DNA of 64,000 nucleotides from Eledone cirrhosa (GCA_964016885.1 OZ024744.1:44206001-44270000), one strand, 5' to 3'; shown: positions 1-13,410, counted from the first letter of the stretch. The notes: generated by a model from the sequence alone, not told the origin. Numbers and translations are program-made.

Positions 1-112
1 ATTTGAACATCATCTAATGATTTATTCAATAATTTATCCTTTCACTATATATATATATATAAAATAAAATAAAATAAATAAGTCAAATGTTTAAAATTTG
101 GCTTCGTTTATT

Positions 113-167
113 ACTGCTATATATATTTCGGTCACAGCCATCTTTGGCTGTGACCTCTTCAGGCAGT
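113..167 (-). ncRNA. Type I hammerhead ribozyme (Penelope-associated type)
   Basis: Minus strand ACTGC-CTGAAGA-GGTCACAGCCA aaga TGGCTGTGACC-GAAA-TATATA-TA-GCAGT: complete core, 11-bp stem II, palindromic stem III. Confidence 0.8.
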
Positions 168-504
168 CCGAATTAGTGTGGTAGAGACGAGTACACATGT
201 TGTTGAGGTGTATAACTTTGTCAATACTCTGTTATGCCCAGTTCCTGTTTGGGTTGTTATTTCACTGAGGAACTGGAATCATATGATTCCAGTTTTAAAC
301 AATTGACTTATTTATTTTATTTTATTTTACATTACTCCGGAGTAACCAAACTACCTGTGCACTTCGTCGAGTGCTCCAATCTGCATACTGAGATGTTGGT
401 ATACAACCAACATATACTCAAAATTTATATATATATATATATTTATTTAAATAAATGCCCGAGGCAGCGGGAGTTTGGTCCATTTGTGTTTGGACCTTGT
501 GTAT

Positions 505-745
505 CATCATCATCATCATCATCCTTTAACGTCTATCTTCAACACTAGCATGGGTTTAGACGGGAATTGTCCCACTTGAGACAAGATTGGTTATCTTGCT
601 CGTATGGGACTATCTGGCGGGTTTTCTATGGCTGGATGCCCTTCCTACCACCAACCACGTTTACAGTGTGGACTGGGAGGTTTCTACCGTGTTAGCTACA
701 CGGCCACATTACAGCGTGGCCTGTTTGTTTTTTTGTCGGATGTTG
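505..745 (-). mobile_element. RTE 3'-tail / RTE-dependent short element inserted in the duplicated unit
   Basis: (CAT)n tail plus cccatgctag/gaagggcatccagc motifs shared with RTE 3' ends at 9806, 16051 and 28170. Confidence 0.75.
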
Positions 746-1281
746 TGGTATATATGTATATATCAGAAATAATGAATCTAATAACTGTTTCTTGTAATGT
801 TATTTGTATATATATATTAGAAAATACTGGTGTGTATGAATATAACAAAAGACGTGGTTTGTGTGTATAATATTTAATTAACAATTTGTGGTTATATAGA
901 ATAGTATAGTTGACATGTCAATGAATAGAAGAAAGAATGAAGTAAAGTCATTTGTTACCGTTTTGAAGTTAGCTCGCAAGAGGCCATATTAGGGTTGCCA
1001 GACGAACGCGCCTGGCCAAAGGGCCAGGAAGCTTAGAAGGCCAGGAGCCGAAAGGCAAATGAGAGATAGAGTGCTGAAAGTTATTCCCTTTATAGGTGCT
1101 GGGATGGAAGTGACAAAAAGGGCTCTGCCACCCCAATGGGAAGCAACTCCAGCTACTTCCTGTCTAGAGAGCGTTACTCTATTGGTGATGTGCTCGTCAC
1201 AACAAGGGAGGCAACTCTTGCTACATATACATGTAGGTTTACTATGATTTTGTTTATATATTTTAAGTGACCATATTGCAG

Positions 1282-1325
1282 TGTCTCCTCGCATTGCTTC
1301 AATGAAGCCTGAACCTACAAAAAAA
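1282..1325 (+). CDS. Putative micro-exon copy 1 (44 nt, one short of the 45-nt paralogs) of a repeat-protein host gene; xSPRIASMKPEPTKK
   Basis: tattgcag acceptor and gtaagt donor; paralogous to exons at 7772, 15707 and 27074 with shared intron flanks. The A7 run before the donor may be a homopolymer error or a real frameshift. Confidence 0.55.
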
Positions 1326-1934
1326 GTAAGTCATAATTTGAACATCATGTAATAAGTAATGGTGGTTGGTGTGAGTGTGCACACACACATACACCACACA
1401 CACACACACTTATACACATATATATATATATATATGTGTGTGTGTGTTGTGTGTGTACATATTTATATGCATATGAAGAGAGAGAGAGAGATAGAGAGCG
1501 AGAGAGAGAGAAATAGAGAGATGTTTATACATATACAAACACTTTCTACCTGTCATATACACACATATGGGATATTGTAGGTAAAATGACAATTAGTATT
1601 TTTCTTTTAATATTATTGTGTGAGACTGTAGTACTCAACACACCATACCTGGAGAAAGAAGAATTTTATTTCTTCTTCAACATAGGAAGATTTACCTCCC
1701 TTTTCCCCTGTTAGTCAAACATATACTTCAAGGTCATTCACAATCGCACTTACTGTAATTATGGAGCAGGAAGTAAGAGTCTACTCCCCTATTTTAGAGC
1801 TTGTGTCCTCATTGTGATAATATCCTAAAAGAAATTCCCTCACATGCCCCTGATAACTTTTGAGCAGCATATTATTGTTTTTATTTTATATGTACCTTCC
1901 CCTTCCTACCTTTCCTATACTTTTTATCATTATG

Positions 1935-2025
1935 GGTTAGATAAATAACGTACCAGTAATGTACTGGGGTCGATTTAATTGACTTTCCCTAAATTGTAGG
2001 CCTGGTCCTAAATCAGAAACTAATA
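1935..2025 (+). mobile_element. SINE fragment
   Basis: gtaccagtaatgtactggggtcgat...ggcctggtcctaaatcagaaac matches the 3' half of the SINE at 61871-62055. Confidence 0.55.
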
Positions 2026-2099
2026 TATTTTTACCTTACAAATTATTTTATGGAGAAAGAGAATGAAATAATATATATATATATATATATAAATTAATA

Positions 2100-2919
2100 A
2101 AACAATGAATAAACAAAGAAACAGTTCCTTATATTAAAAAAATTTCATCATTTTACGATCGTTTCTAGGATATATATATAGACTTGGTATGCATATTCTA
2201 TAGATCTATGTACAATATTTATACAAACTATCAGAGGGAATATACATACCTACACATATATATGCTGTCTTCAGAAATAATGATATTTGTTTATTGAAAA
2301 AAACAAAGATTCAATACAATAGGTCTGTTTGGGAACAGGTTTTGAATTGACCAATAGAGAGATAGTGAGGGTCAAGATAGTAATATAGTAGTAGAAGAAC
2401 CTTAAATTATGGGTAGAGGAAGGTAGATTTCAGTTTAGGATGGAAAAGAATATTATGAATGAAGGATTATTTTAGGGAAGAAAATAGGTCGTATGCTGAA
2501 CTCAGAAATAATTTTATTTGTTCATTGAATAAAATCAACAAAGATCTAATATATTCTGTCTGTTTGGTAAGAGGTTTAGAATTAACCAATAGAAAGTTAA
2601 TAATTGGACAAATGGTAAAATAGTAGTAATTGAAGCTTATTTTAGGGGTGAAAATAGGTCAGGTGGTCAGTAAAAGGTATACAAGCAGTTGCTGTTATAA
2701 AATAGTAATGCCAATGCAAATATCTAAGGAGACTAAAGTTTTACGATAAGAGTGTTAGTGAAAAAAATACATCTATGAAAAGAATATAAATTAATTTAAT
2801 TGATGGGTATATTTATATTAATAAAATTATACTAATACATATAGATATGATAAATAAGAGTTAGATGCAGTTGAAAAGTGCTGTTAAAGATGAGGGGAAA
2901 TTAAAAGAATATAAAAATA

Positions 2920-2964
<45 letters not shown>

Positions 2965-3005
2965 TACGCATACACACACACACATACACACACATATATA
3001 TATAT

Positions 3006-3071
<66 letters not shown>

Positions 3072-3780
3072 GCAAATATACATACATATATATATACACA
3101 CACATACACATTTACATATACATATAATTATTGGGGGGGGGGGGGGAATTAAATTTATTAGTAAGAAATAATAAATATATATAGATTTCAAGGAACATAA
3201 TTATAACCTGAAGTTAAAGCATTATATATGTTTACTTAATGGTATCAGTTTTAGGAAATGATAGTTGTAAGAAGGAAAGCAAAATTATGTAGTTCATCAG
3301 TAGTAGAATATTAATTATAGGTTAACTAAATTAAAAACAGTTTATATATTAATTTCTAAAGTGTATATTAATTAGGTTTATAATATTTAAAGGTTTTTCT
3401 CAGTTTATGATTACACGATATTATTAATTCCTGTCGCTTATTTAATAGGATATCCTTAGATTTCATTATTTCAAAAAGTTCTTGGGAACATAATCTACAT
3501 TCCTATCTACTATTTTGATAAGGGGTGGCCCTTTTGAGCCCACTCCAGGTCAGGTCATAATCTATATTCCTCTTTCTATAACTATTAATTATTTCAGCTA
3601 GAGATGTTGTATTAGCTAGTGCGGCATTTTTAAAACTATGTTTGTGGGTATTAAATCTTACCTTAAATTTGTTAGAGGTAGCTCCTATATATGAATAAAT
3701 TGAGTCCTTAGTGTTAACTTTACATTTATATACTATGTTATTTATAATATTTAAAGGTTTTTCTCAGTTTATGATTACAC

Positions 3781-3785
<5 letters not shown>
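2100..3785 (-). mobile_element. Penelope-like (Naiad-type) 3' fragment: GIY-YIG endonuclease end, 3' UTR and hammerhead
   Basis: 3748-3368 translates IVYKCKV...YIGATSNKFKVRFNTHKHSF...CRLC...LLNKRQE...CNH (one internal stop); 40-bp direct repeat 3377-3416/3741-3780. Confidence 0.75.
2146..2282 (-). ncRNA. Hammerhead ribozyme-like motif with long stem II insert
   Basis: CATTATTT-CTGAAGA...GAAA-CGATCG-TA-AAATGATG; stem I pairs (one G-U), palindromic stem III, imperfect stem II base. Confidence 0.6.
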
Positions 3786-3865
<80 letters not shown>

Positions 3866-3867
<2 letters not shown>

Positions 3868-6800
3868 GAAATTATTGTGTACAGTGATCAGGTGCACTAC
3901 AACTCTTCAAAGGTGCATTTATAGTACATAGAATAATATACAAATGTCAGGGAAGTGAATAGTGTATGAGCCATGATATACATGTGTGCATGTGTATGGA
4001 GGAGTAATATTAGGTGTAGTGTTGGCGAATCTCAGGAAGCATGGACGTTTTAAAGGATGCAGTGTCTCAAGAGCTAACAACTGGTTCCATGCTTCAGCAA
4101 CTCTGAGCATGATAAAATGTTTGTGAAAGTCATGGGAGCTGTGCTGTTTTCTGACTTTGTGGGCATGCCCACGTGTGTTAGACCCATGGAAATCAAAAAG
4201 GTACTCAGTGTTGTTGTTGGCAAGATGGTTAATAATTTTGTGGGTGTTTACCAAGGCATTTGCCAGATGTCAGAGCTTCAATGTATCCATGCCCAAGGAA
4301 GCAAGGCGTTCAGAGTATGGTAGATGCCCGATGGAGGGTATTCGCTTGGTTGCACGTCTCTGAACAGTTTCCAGGCAGTCAATGTTCTGAGCAAGATAGG
4401 GATTCCAGGTTGGTGATGCAAATTGTAAGTGTGGCTGCACCATAGCTATGTACAGCTCTAAATAGATAGCTGGAGAGCAGCTGACAAAGGTCTTACTGGG
4501 TGATGCTAAGACACCTTCGGCCTTCTTGACAATTTTAGAGACGTGCTTCGTCCAACAGAAATTGCTGCTGACTGTAATGTCCAGGTCACGTTCACAAGAA
4601 GACTTCTTGATATTAGTGTTGTGGAGGGAGTATATGGACGCTGGGTTTTTACTCCCAAAATGCATGATTGTGCACTTATCCACAGCTAGCTTGAGTTGCC
4701 AGTCTGTCATCCATTGTTGCATTGTGTCCAGGTGAGATAGCAGGCAAGATCTATAGTGTTCAGGATCTGTCCTTTTTATCTCAAGGTACAGCTTGATGTC
4801 ATCTACATATTTCAGTACTCTGGCATTCTTTAAGTTGGCATCTATGTCATTAATATATGCTACAAACAAAAGGGAGCCAAGAACAGATCCCTGTGGTACA
4901 TCAGATGACATTTCATATGGAGAGGAATGCCATCCTAGAACCATGACTACTTCTCTTCGACTGAGAATGAAGGACTTCAACCAGTTAAGAAAGATCGTCC
5001 TTCACACCCATTGCAGAGAGTTTTGCCATAAGTCAAGGTAAACAATATCCACCCATGAGACGCCATCAGTGATCTGGGTGATGTCTTCAAGAAACTTGAT
5101 AAGTTGATCACAGCAGCTGGAGCTAGGGATAAATCCAAATTGTGAGGGCCAGATGAGACTGTGAGAGTTCCAGAAGTTCCAAAGCATTTCTCTGACACAG
5201 GATTGCATCAATGCAACTATTAAGACTGACTAGACGATAGTTCACAGGTGATATGCATTCACCCTTTTGAACAGAGGAATGACACTGGCAGTTTTCCACT
5301 GTTCTGGAGTAGTACCGTTGTTCAGACAGAATTGGAAGAAGCGTGATAGCTGGTGCAGAAAGAAGTACCCACCACATTTGAGAAGCAGGTATGGAACACC
5401 ATCAAAACCAGGAGAGGCATGGTTGCGTTTATTTTTAAGGTGACGTCGCAGCATTGCAGGTGTAAATTCCATAGTTGTAATAGAATCCGATGTCAAAGGT
5501 GGTGGAGACGGTACACTCTGGTCTTCAATAGGGAAAATGCCTGCATAGCATTCAGAAATGAGCTCTGCGCATTCCTTGGGGTCGTCAGTAACCTGGCCTG
5601 TGTGGGTATTGCAAAGAAGGCCAACTGGAGAGTGAGGCCTCTGCGTTGAGTGAACATACTTCCAGAACACCTTACTGTCAGGGCTGGTTGCTATGTGCTG
5701 CTTAAATTGAAGCACTGCATTTTTGTCACCTGTTTGAGATGGTTGGATGATTTATTTCGCTTCTTCTTATTGACATCTGATTTATGCAGTTTGTGACTCA
5801 CATTCAGCATTACGACGTTCTTTTCTGGCAAGACGGACTGTTGCAGTCTCCCAAATTGCACTTTTGGGATATTTTTTCTTCTTACGTGGCACCAATACTG
5901 CACATGCTGTCCATTTTGAGCTCAGGATCTTCTGGAGTACAGTGTTGACATCTCCAGAGTCGTAAAACTCAAGCCAGTTTGGACGTTCCAACTTGGTACA
6001 GTAACAGTTCTAGTCTGCTTTATTCCAGTCAAAGTGAGCAGTTTGGAGATGGTTGTGGCTTTTGTTATTGCCCATGAGGGATAGATTGGCAATGGTCATA
6101 GCATGATCAGAGTCACCTAAAGGTTCCTCAGTAGTAACACTAATAACAATTTCAGGAGTAGTGGTGAAGAGTAGGTCCAAAGTGTTGTCACCTCTTGTTG
6201 GGGAGGTGACTACTTGGGACCAGTTTGAGTCCAGCACTAGCTCAAGGAAGTCATTTGCATTTGGCAGCCAACGAAATGTTTCCCTGTCAATCTCAGGGTG
6301 ATTGAAGTTCCCTGCAATAAAATCATAAGTGGCTGTTTTCCTGGCAACTCCTCTGGGAATATCACAAAGTTGAGTGTCCTGATGGTAATTTGGGGGACGG
6401 TAAACAACACCAAGAAGAAGTTTTGACATGGTCATACGTATATCGCAGAAAAATACTTCCTGCTGCGATTGGTTAAAATTAACACAAGGAATTGCCGACA
6501 AATTTGACCGAATGTAGACCATTACACCACCACCACCACGATTATTGTGGTCTTTAGGAAACAAGTTGTAGCCAGTTATGCTGAAAACCCCATCACAGAG
6601 TAAGGAATGTTCCCCAAGTTTCCTTGACTGTAATGAACTCAGGGTTAGACTACGTGCATTCAAGGACAACAATTTGTAGCTTGATTCCAGTTTATGATTA
6701 TGTGCAGGGGATGGCAGGTTGTTCTGATTTAGTTTCCCAGAGTTTTTTTATTGTCAGTTGTTGTGGGTACAGTGTTTTCAGACCAGCTGGTATCTCTTTT

Positions 6801-7575
6801 CCATGTTTCACTGACCTTAATAAATTTCCATATCTGCCCATCATCACGTAGGCTGAAGTTTTCATGTTCTGCCAAGCTGCGGTTTAAGGAAGCTGCAGCA
6901 CGCAGCTTTGGGCGGACATCAGTTGAAAGACCAGGGCGTGTTCGGAAGGCAATCCGACTTTCACGCCTAGCTTTATCAGAGGCCAAAAGATATGAACGTG
7001 CCTTAGTTGGGTTTGAAAAAGACAGTCTAATTAGCCTGGGTTTCGTGCCTGGTCGGCCAAAGCCTAGAACACGCACGCTTCGAGGGAGCACAGCCCAAGT
7101 CTTTGGATGAACTGGCAGCAAATGTCTGTAGATCAACTATGTCTTCTGGTACACCAATGGCAATCACTTTGTGGTTTATAGATTCAGTGGCATTCTCAAT
7201 GCGTCTAGATTCGGCAAGAGGTATGTGGAGATTTGGTATGGTGGAACCAATGAATAAAATCGCAAGTACATATATAAGTGAAGTGATGCTGGTGTTATGT
7301 GTATTTTGATGTATACATATAGGTTTATTGGGTTGTATATAAATTCATTATGTACCTGCTTCGATGTTTTTGTCTGGTGATGCTTTTTTGAGTGTGTGTG
7401 TTAGGTTCTGTGTGAGCCCTGTTTGTGTTTGTGTGAGTGTGAGGTTCTGTGTGTGCACTCTCTGTGCGTGTGTATGTAAGTCTAATTTTCTTTATTAGGA
7501 CTGTTGCCATGATTATAGAAAATTTAGTAGTAAATGTATATTTACGGAGCTAAGCAGTTGGCGTCCTGAATCCTT
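3866..7575 (-). mobile_element. Near full-length, decayed CR1-group LINE (ORF1, APE endonuclease, RT)
   Basis: ORF1 remnant 6729-7300; APE 6010-6672 (LNARS, VYRPP, GNFNHP, LDLL, SDH); RT pieces 3919-5715 (NYRLVSL, PQGSVLG, YVDD, TRGH...WN); many stops and frameshifts. Confidence 0.9.
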
Positions 7576-7596
7576 TCGTTATATATGTATATATAT

Positions 7597-8860
7597 ATAA
7601 ATGGCAGGGACAGCGGGAGTTTGGTCCATTTGTGTTTGGACCTGGTGTATATATGTATATATCAGATATAATGAATCTAATAATTGTTTCCTGTATTTGT
7701 AATGTTATTTGTATATATACATGTAGGTTTACTATGATTTTGTTTATATATTCTTGATTACCATATTACTGTGTCCCCTCACAGTACTCCAATCAAGCGT
7801 AAATCAACTGAAAAGAGTAAGTTATAATTTGAACATCATCTAATAAGTTATTCAGTAACTTATTTAGGTTTTCAACAGTAAATTTACAACTACTTAATTC
7901 AGTCAAAATATCAAACTCTATATTACAAACTCACCTAACATAATGCAGAATAAACATTTTATTGACTTGCTCAGAGACCTTGTAATGAGGACAAAAGTAA
8001 AGATAGGCTTTTTTAGGGCATTATCAGAGATAGCTGAGAAAGAATAACAATACATGTGGCTCAAATGAGAAGATAAATGCTGCGTAGATTCATTGATGTA
8101 GATGGAATTACCTCACAGATCAGTATTCTCATCTTTAACAAAACTTCATCCTAAAGTTCTTCACCATTTCTTTTCTCCCTTCGTTCTTCATACACTGCAT
8201 CCTCTTATCCACTACATGAGCCAGTACCCTAAAGATTTGGTTAAACCACTATATATATCTGTTCTTCAGGACCAGTAGAAAACTGTAGAATATTTGTTTC
8301 ATAATTTTAGACACCCCACTTTTGACTAGCCACACTTTATTCATTTCGGAAGTTTTAGATTTGTGGGATAAGTAAACATGTCATTGACAGAACAAACCGT
8401 ATAAATGGATCTAGTTGATTAAATAAACGACATAATCATCATCATCATCACCGTTTTACGTCCGTTCTTCCACGCTAGCATGGGTTAGATGGGTTGTCCT
8501 GTTGTAGGCAGTGTCCAGTTGGCTGACCTTGTCTTGCTCATACAGGAACTGATTCTGGCTTGATTTCTACAGCTGTATGCCCTTCCTAACACCAACCTCA
8601 TTTACAGTGAATGCTGGGTGCTTTTTTTCCATGGCGCCTACACGTCCACTTTACAGTGTGGGCTGGGTGCTTTTATTGCCGTGGCACCTCCACGACTACT
8701 TTGCAGCTTCAACTTGTTCCTTGGGAAGTCTGGTCTTCTGTATTTCTGCATGATGCCAGAGGTCAAGGTCGTGTGCCATTGCCCTTGAGAGTTGCAATTA
8801 GGTAAGGTCGGCATTTAACACCTCATCCCAGGTCTTCTTGGGTCTCCCCAAGACTTCTAG
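7597..8860 (+). repeat. Duplicated exon-bearing unit (paralogs 15532-16520, 26899-27170, fragmented 462-1355 and 1-47)
   Basis: Shared sequence from aaatggcagggacagc...ggtccatttgtgtttggacc through the exon and downstream intron. Copies 2 and 3 also share the same antisense RTE tail insertion. Confidence 0.9.
7772..7816 (+). CDS. Putative micro-exon copy 2 (45 nt, acceptor mutated); xSPHSTPIKRKSTEK
   Basis: gtaagt donor intact and frame open, but acceptor reads tattactg instead of tattacag, so probably skipped or a pseudo-exon. Confidence 0.45.
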
Positions 8861-8910
8861 TGCTCTGTTGTCATCCTTCATATGCATAACATTTCCATAC
8901 CAACGTAACC
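8434..8910 (-). mobile_element. RTE LINE 3' end fragment
   Basis: (CAT)n tail; GRPKKTWDEV and LRWYG remnants; paralogous to 16051-16520. Confidence 0.8.
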
Positions 8911-8974
8911 TATATATTAATATACATATATATACATATATATATATGTATACATATATATATGTATAAGCATA

Positions 8975-9806
8975 AACGAACTAAGGAAAAAATTAGAAAT
9001 AAGAGGGATCAGATGTTGTTTAACGAACTAAGGAAAAAATTAGAAATAAGAGGGATCAGATGTTGTTTACTCGAGAGAAGGCTACGTTGGTATGGTCACG
9101 TGATGCGCATGAAAGACGACAGCTGTATAGCAAAGTGCAGGGCAATAAAGATAGACGGTAGCCACGGAGTAGGCAGACCCAGAAAAACCTGGGACGAGCT
9201 GATAAATTCCGACCTTACACACTTACACCTCTCCAAGACAGTGTCACTGGACCGAGACCTTTGGCGGTACTCAGTAATAGAGAAGACCCGCCTTACCTAA
9301 ATACAAAGTAAAACCTACTACAGTCAGTAGTCATCTCTAACAAAATACACCCCCGTCCCACCACCCCCACCCCATCCACACCGCCCCTTTCAATGTAAAG
9401 TTATGTTGGTGCCACAACATCCAGGCCGAAACAAATGAGATCGTGTAGGTGTCACGACAAAAAAAAAACACACAGTCCACGCTGTAAATGTGGCCGTGTA
9501 GGCAACACGGTAAAAACCTCCCAGCCCCACACTGTAAATGTGGTTGGTGTTAGGAAGGGCATCCAGCTGTAGAAAACCCGCCAGATAGTCCACGCTGTAA
9601 TGTGGCCGTGTAGGCAACACAGTAAAAACCTCCCAGCCCCACACTGTAAATGTGGTTGGTGTTAGGAAGGGCATCCAGCTGTAGAAAACCCGCCAGACAG
9701 TCCTATGCGAGCAAGACAATCACTCTTGTCTCAAGTGGGAAAACCCCCGTCCAAACCCATGCAAGCGTGGAACACGGACGTTAAACGTTGATGATGATGA
9801 TGATGA
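8975..9806 (+). mobile_element. RTE LINE 3' fragment
   Basis: ORF 8962-9300 ERRLRWYGHVMRM...GRPRKTW; (GAT)n tail; 48-bp tandem duplication at the 5' junction and about 113-bp duplication at 9474-9698. Confidence 0.85.
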
Positions 9807-9823
9807 CGTATACATATATATAC

Positions 9824-12800
9824 ATCATCATTATCATTTTACGTCCACTTTTCCCTGCTTGCAAGGGTTGAACGGGTCCTATTCAGCACAACATCTCTCC
9901 ATTTGTCACGGTCCTTCGTCATCTCCTCGGTGAGTTTCAGCCATCTGAGGTCTGCTCTCACCACCTCGGCCCATGTTTTACGTGGTCTACCTCTACTGCG
10001 TCTTTCTTCTACTGGGATTTCTTGGCACTTCTTTACCCAGAGGTCATCCTCCATGCGCATCACATGTCCATACCATCTCAGCCTTCTCTCCTGCACACCA
10101 CAACTTATCCCTCTTATACCCAGTTTCTTTCTCAACTCGTCCATGCTTGGTCGCTCACGCACATTGACATTGCACATCCAACGGAGCATACTTGCTTCAT
10201 TTCTCTCCAGCCGTCGCATATCCTCTGCAGTTGTTGCCCATGTCTCACTACCATGCAGCATCACGCATCTTACACAGGCATTATGTAACCGTCCTTTCGT
10301 ATGCAGGGCGAAACCCTTCTTTGTCAACAAAGGAAGCAGCTCCCTAAACGTCTTCCAGCCCGTCCACCCCCCTCCCATGCTAATCTGATCAGCTAGGTAC
10401 CGGAAGCTATCAACCACTTCTATAGAACCCACCTGCATTGGAAAACTGTGTCTATCACTGCGATTAATACTGCCAACTTTCCCTGTACATGTACTGCATA
10501 CATAGTTTCCCTACCTGTTAGTTTTCCTGCTATCGCACTACATCTCTTGTGTTCCCAAGATCTGCATTGCGTACATGTTATAGAATTTATGCCAGTTCCT
10601 TTTCTACATTTCGTACATGGCCATTTCCCTGATGGAATCGGAGTATTGTCCTCTCTTCTACTTATCAACACTTTTGCCTTAGCTCTGTTCACTCTCAGTC
10701 CTCTTGATTACAACTGTTGTTTCCATAGCCAGAATTTATTCTCTAGCTCCTCTACTGATTCTGCTATAAGAGCCAGATCATCAGCATATAGAAGTTTCCA
10801 TGGGCATCCAGTCTTAAAGACCTCTGTTATGGCTTGGAGGACTATAATGAACAAGAGCGGGCTGAGGTCCAAACCGTGATGTACACCTACTTGTTTCTGG
10901 AATTCCTCACTAAACTCCATACCTACTCTCACTTTACTGACAGCACCTCTGTACATAGCTTGCACTGCCCTCACAAGCCATTCCTCCTCACCTAGTTTCC
11001 TTAGGGACCACCAGATGACAGATCTGGGTACCCTATCAAAGGCCTTCTCTAAGTCAACAAAAACTAAGTATAGTGGCTTACTTTTCTCTAAGATCTTCTC
11101 TTGTAGTTGCCTCACTAAGAAGAAAGCATCTATTGTACTTTTCCGAGGCACAAAACCAAACTGCATCTCATCTAATTTGACCCTTTCTCTAATTAGTTGC
11201 GCTAATATTCTCTCTGCCACTTTCACAACCTGATCCATCAGCTTTATGCCCCTATAATTGCTCCTCTCTAGAGCATCCCCTTTACCTTTGTAGCAATTTA
11301 TGAGAATACTGCTGTACCAGTCTTTGGGTATGACACCACCATATATAACTTGATTGATGATGCATGCAACCAGTTTAATGCCTACTTCACCTGATGCCTT
11401 CAGCATCTCAGCAACTATCCCCGACGGTCCAGCACCCTTACCATTCTTCATTTCTTTAATTATTTCTTGTACCCTATATTCGTCAATCTCAATAGCTGGT
11501 CCCTCTGTTGGGTCTACTGGGGGTAATTTCTCTCTCTCCCATTCATTCTCCACATTCATCAGTCTCTCATAGTGACATTTCCAGGCCTCCATTTTTGATC
11601 ATTCATGACACAAAGTACACCGGCATCATTCCGGACACATGTATCTCCAACAACACCCTGATTTGCACTGACACACTGCCTTGCAATACGGAACACCGCA
11701 CGTCTCTGATCTTCCCGTCGCAGAACATTGGCAAACCTCCTATTCTCAGCCTCCCTGCATGCTAAGTACACTTCTAGCTTCTCTCCTAGCAGCTGTGTAT
11801 CCTTCCCTACTTCCACCATTTTTCCAAGCCTTCCATGCCAGTCCTTTGTCTCTAATGGCCCTATCTACCATGCTGTTCCACCACCAGGTCACTCTCTGTC
11901 TGGTTGAAGCTCTGCCCCAACCACAAGTTTCTTCAGTAGTCTGCAGTAAGTTGTCACGTAAGAAATTCCAGCTATCATCTATGTCATACAACTCTAAATC
12001 GTCTTCTTTTTCGTCATACATGTCTTGAAGGGCTTTGCTAAATTTATATTTTAATGAAAGGTCTTTTAGTTTGCAGACCTTTTTTTCCACACCTTCCTGT
12101 ATGTCTCATTCTTTCTCATGCTTACTGAGATGTCACTAATGACAAATTATGCTGTGGGGTACATTTCTTCCCCAGGGTATGCCTAAGTATTTGACACCAT
12201 CTGTCTGTCTAGCTGTCTAACTAGCAGAATGTCAATCTGGCTTATGTGCTCGCCTGATTTGTAGGTTATTAGGTGGTTGGTAGGTTTCTGGAAGTTAGTG
12301 TTGCAAATGGTTAGTGCTCTTGCATCACAAAATTCAAGAAGCCTCACTCCTTCTTCATTTCTTGAGCCGTAACCGTGCCCACCATGTTCCCCAGTGTATC
12401 CATCCTGGAGCTGTCCAACGTGTCCATTGAAGTCCCCTGCTAGCATAACGATGTCTCTGTCCTCTGTCATTGAGGCTGTTTGTAAAAGTTGCTCATAAAA
12501 GCAGTCTTTCTCTTCTTTACCTAGGCCTGCCCGGGGAGCATAGGCAGAGATGATTGTCAGTAGTCTCTTGCCTACAACTAATCTAAGCTTAATTATTCTA
12601 TCACTAACTCTAACTACCTCTATTGTCTTATTGATCCATCTCTCAGCCAGTAATATGCCCAACCCACCTAACCCATCATCATTACCCACCCAGAAAAGCT
12701 TATAACTACGATGTTTGCCTGCGATTAGTCTTGCAGAGGCCCCTCTCCATCTCATCTCTTGCACACAGCACACATCCACATGCCTTATCTCCAGCTTCTC

Positions 12801-13410
12801 CGCTATCTCACCAGATCTACCTATTAGAGTGCCAACATTAAGTGTGGAAACTCTGAGATGCGACGTCTCATTCCTTTTCCTGTTGTGCGATTGCTTGATG
12901 ATGGTCGTGGGATTATCACACATGGCCTCACCAGCCACCCCACTACCATGCGCAGCCCTAACATGGTTAGTGTTGTTTCTGTGTTCATAGTGTTTAGGAG
13001 TAGTATATATACTGGTTGGATGCCCTTCCTAACACCAGCACCACTTTACAGCATGGACTGGGTGCTTTTATTCATGCCACAGCACTAGAGAAATTGTCTT
13101 ACTGGACTCAGAGCCTTCTTTACCCCTTCATTTTACAGCATGGACTGAGTGCTTTTATTCGTGCCACCAGCACTAGGGAAGTTGTCTTACTGGACTTAGG
13201 GGACTTCTCTACCCTGCAACAATTTATTCGGAGTGGTAGCTCTCCTAGATGGGTTGCCTACACTACAGCTTACGGAGCCTCTGTCCACCCCTTGTCTGTT
13301 CAATAATATATTCACAAGGGAGCGGTTATCGTACAGCATCGGGCATTTATACCAAATGTGGTGGAGGTGGGAAGTAAGAAGGAAATATGGCCATAAGCAC
13401 AAATTTGAAT
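9824..13410 (-). mobile_element. Near full-length decayed RTE LINE (APE-RT with PHD finger insert)
   Basis: APE 12183-12938 (TLNVGT, VQEMRW, SAYAP, GDFNGHVG); WWWN linker; RT 10708-11592 (QFGF, DLEKAFD, YADD); C-terminus 9839-10438. Probable 5' UTR 13210-13410 is separated by a short insert at 13014-13210. Confidence 0.9.
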
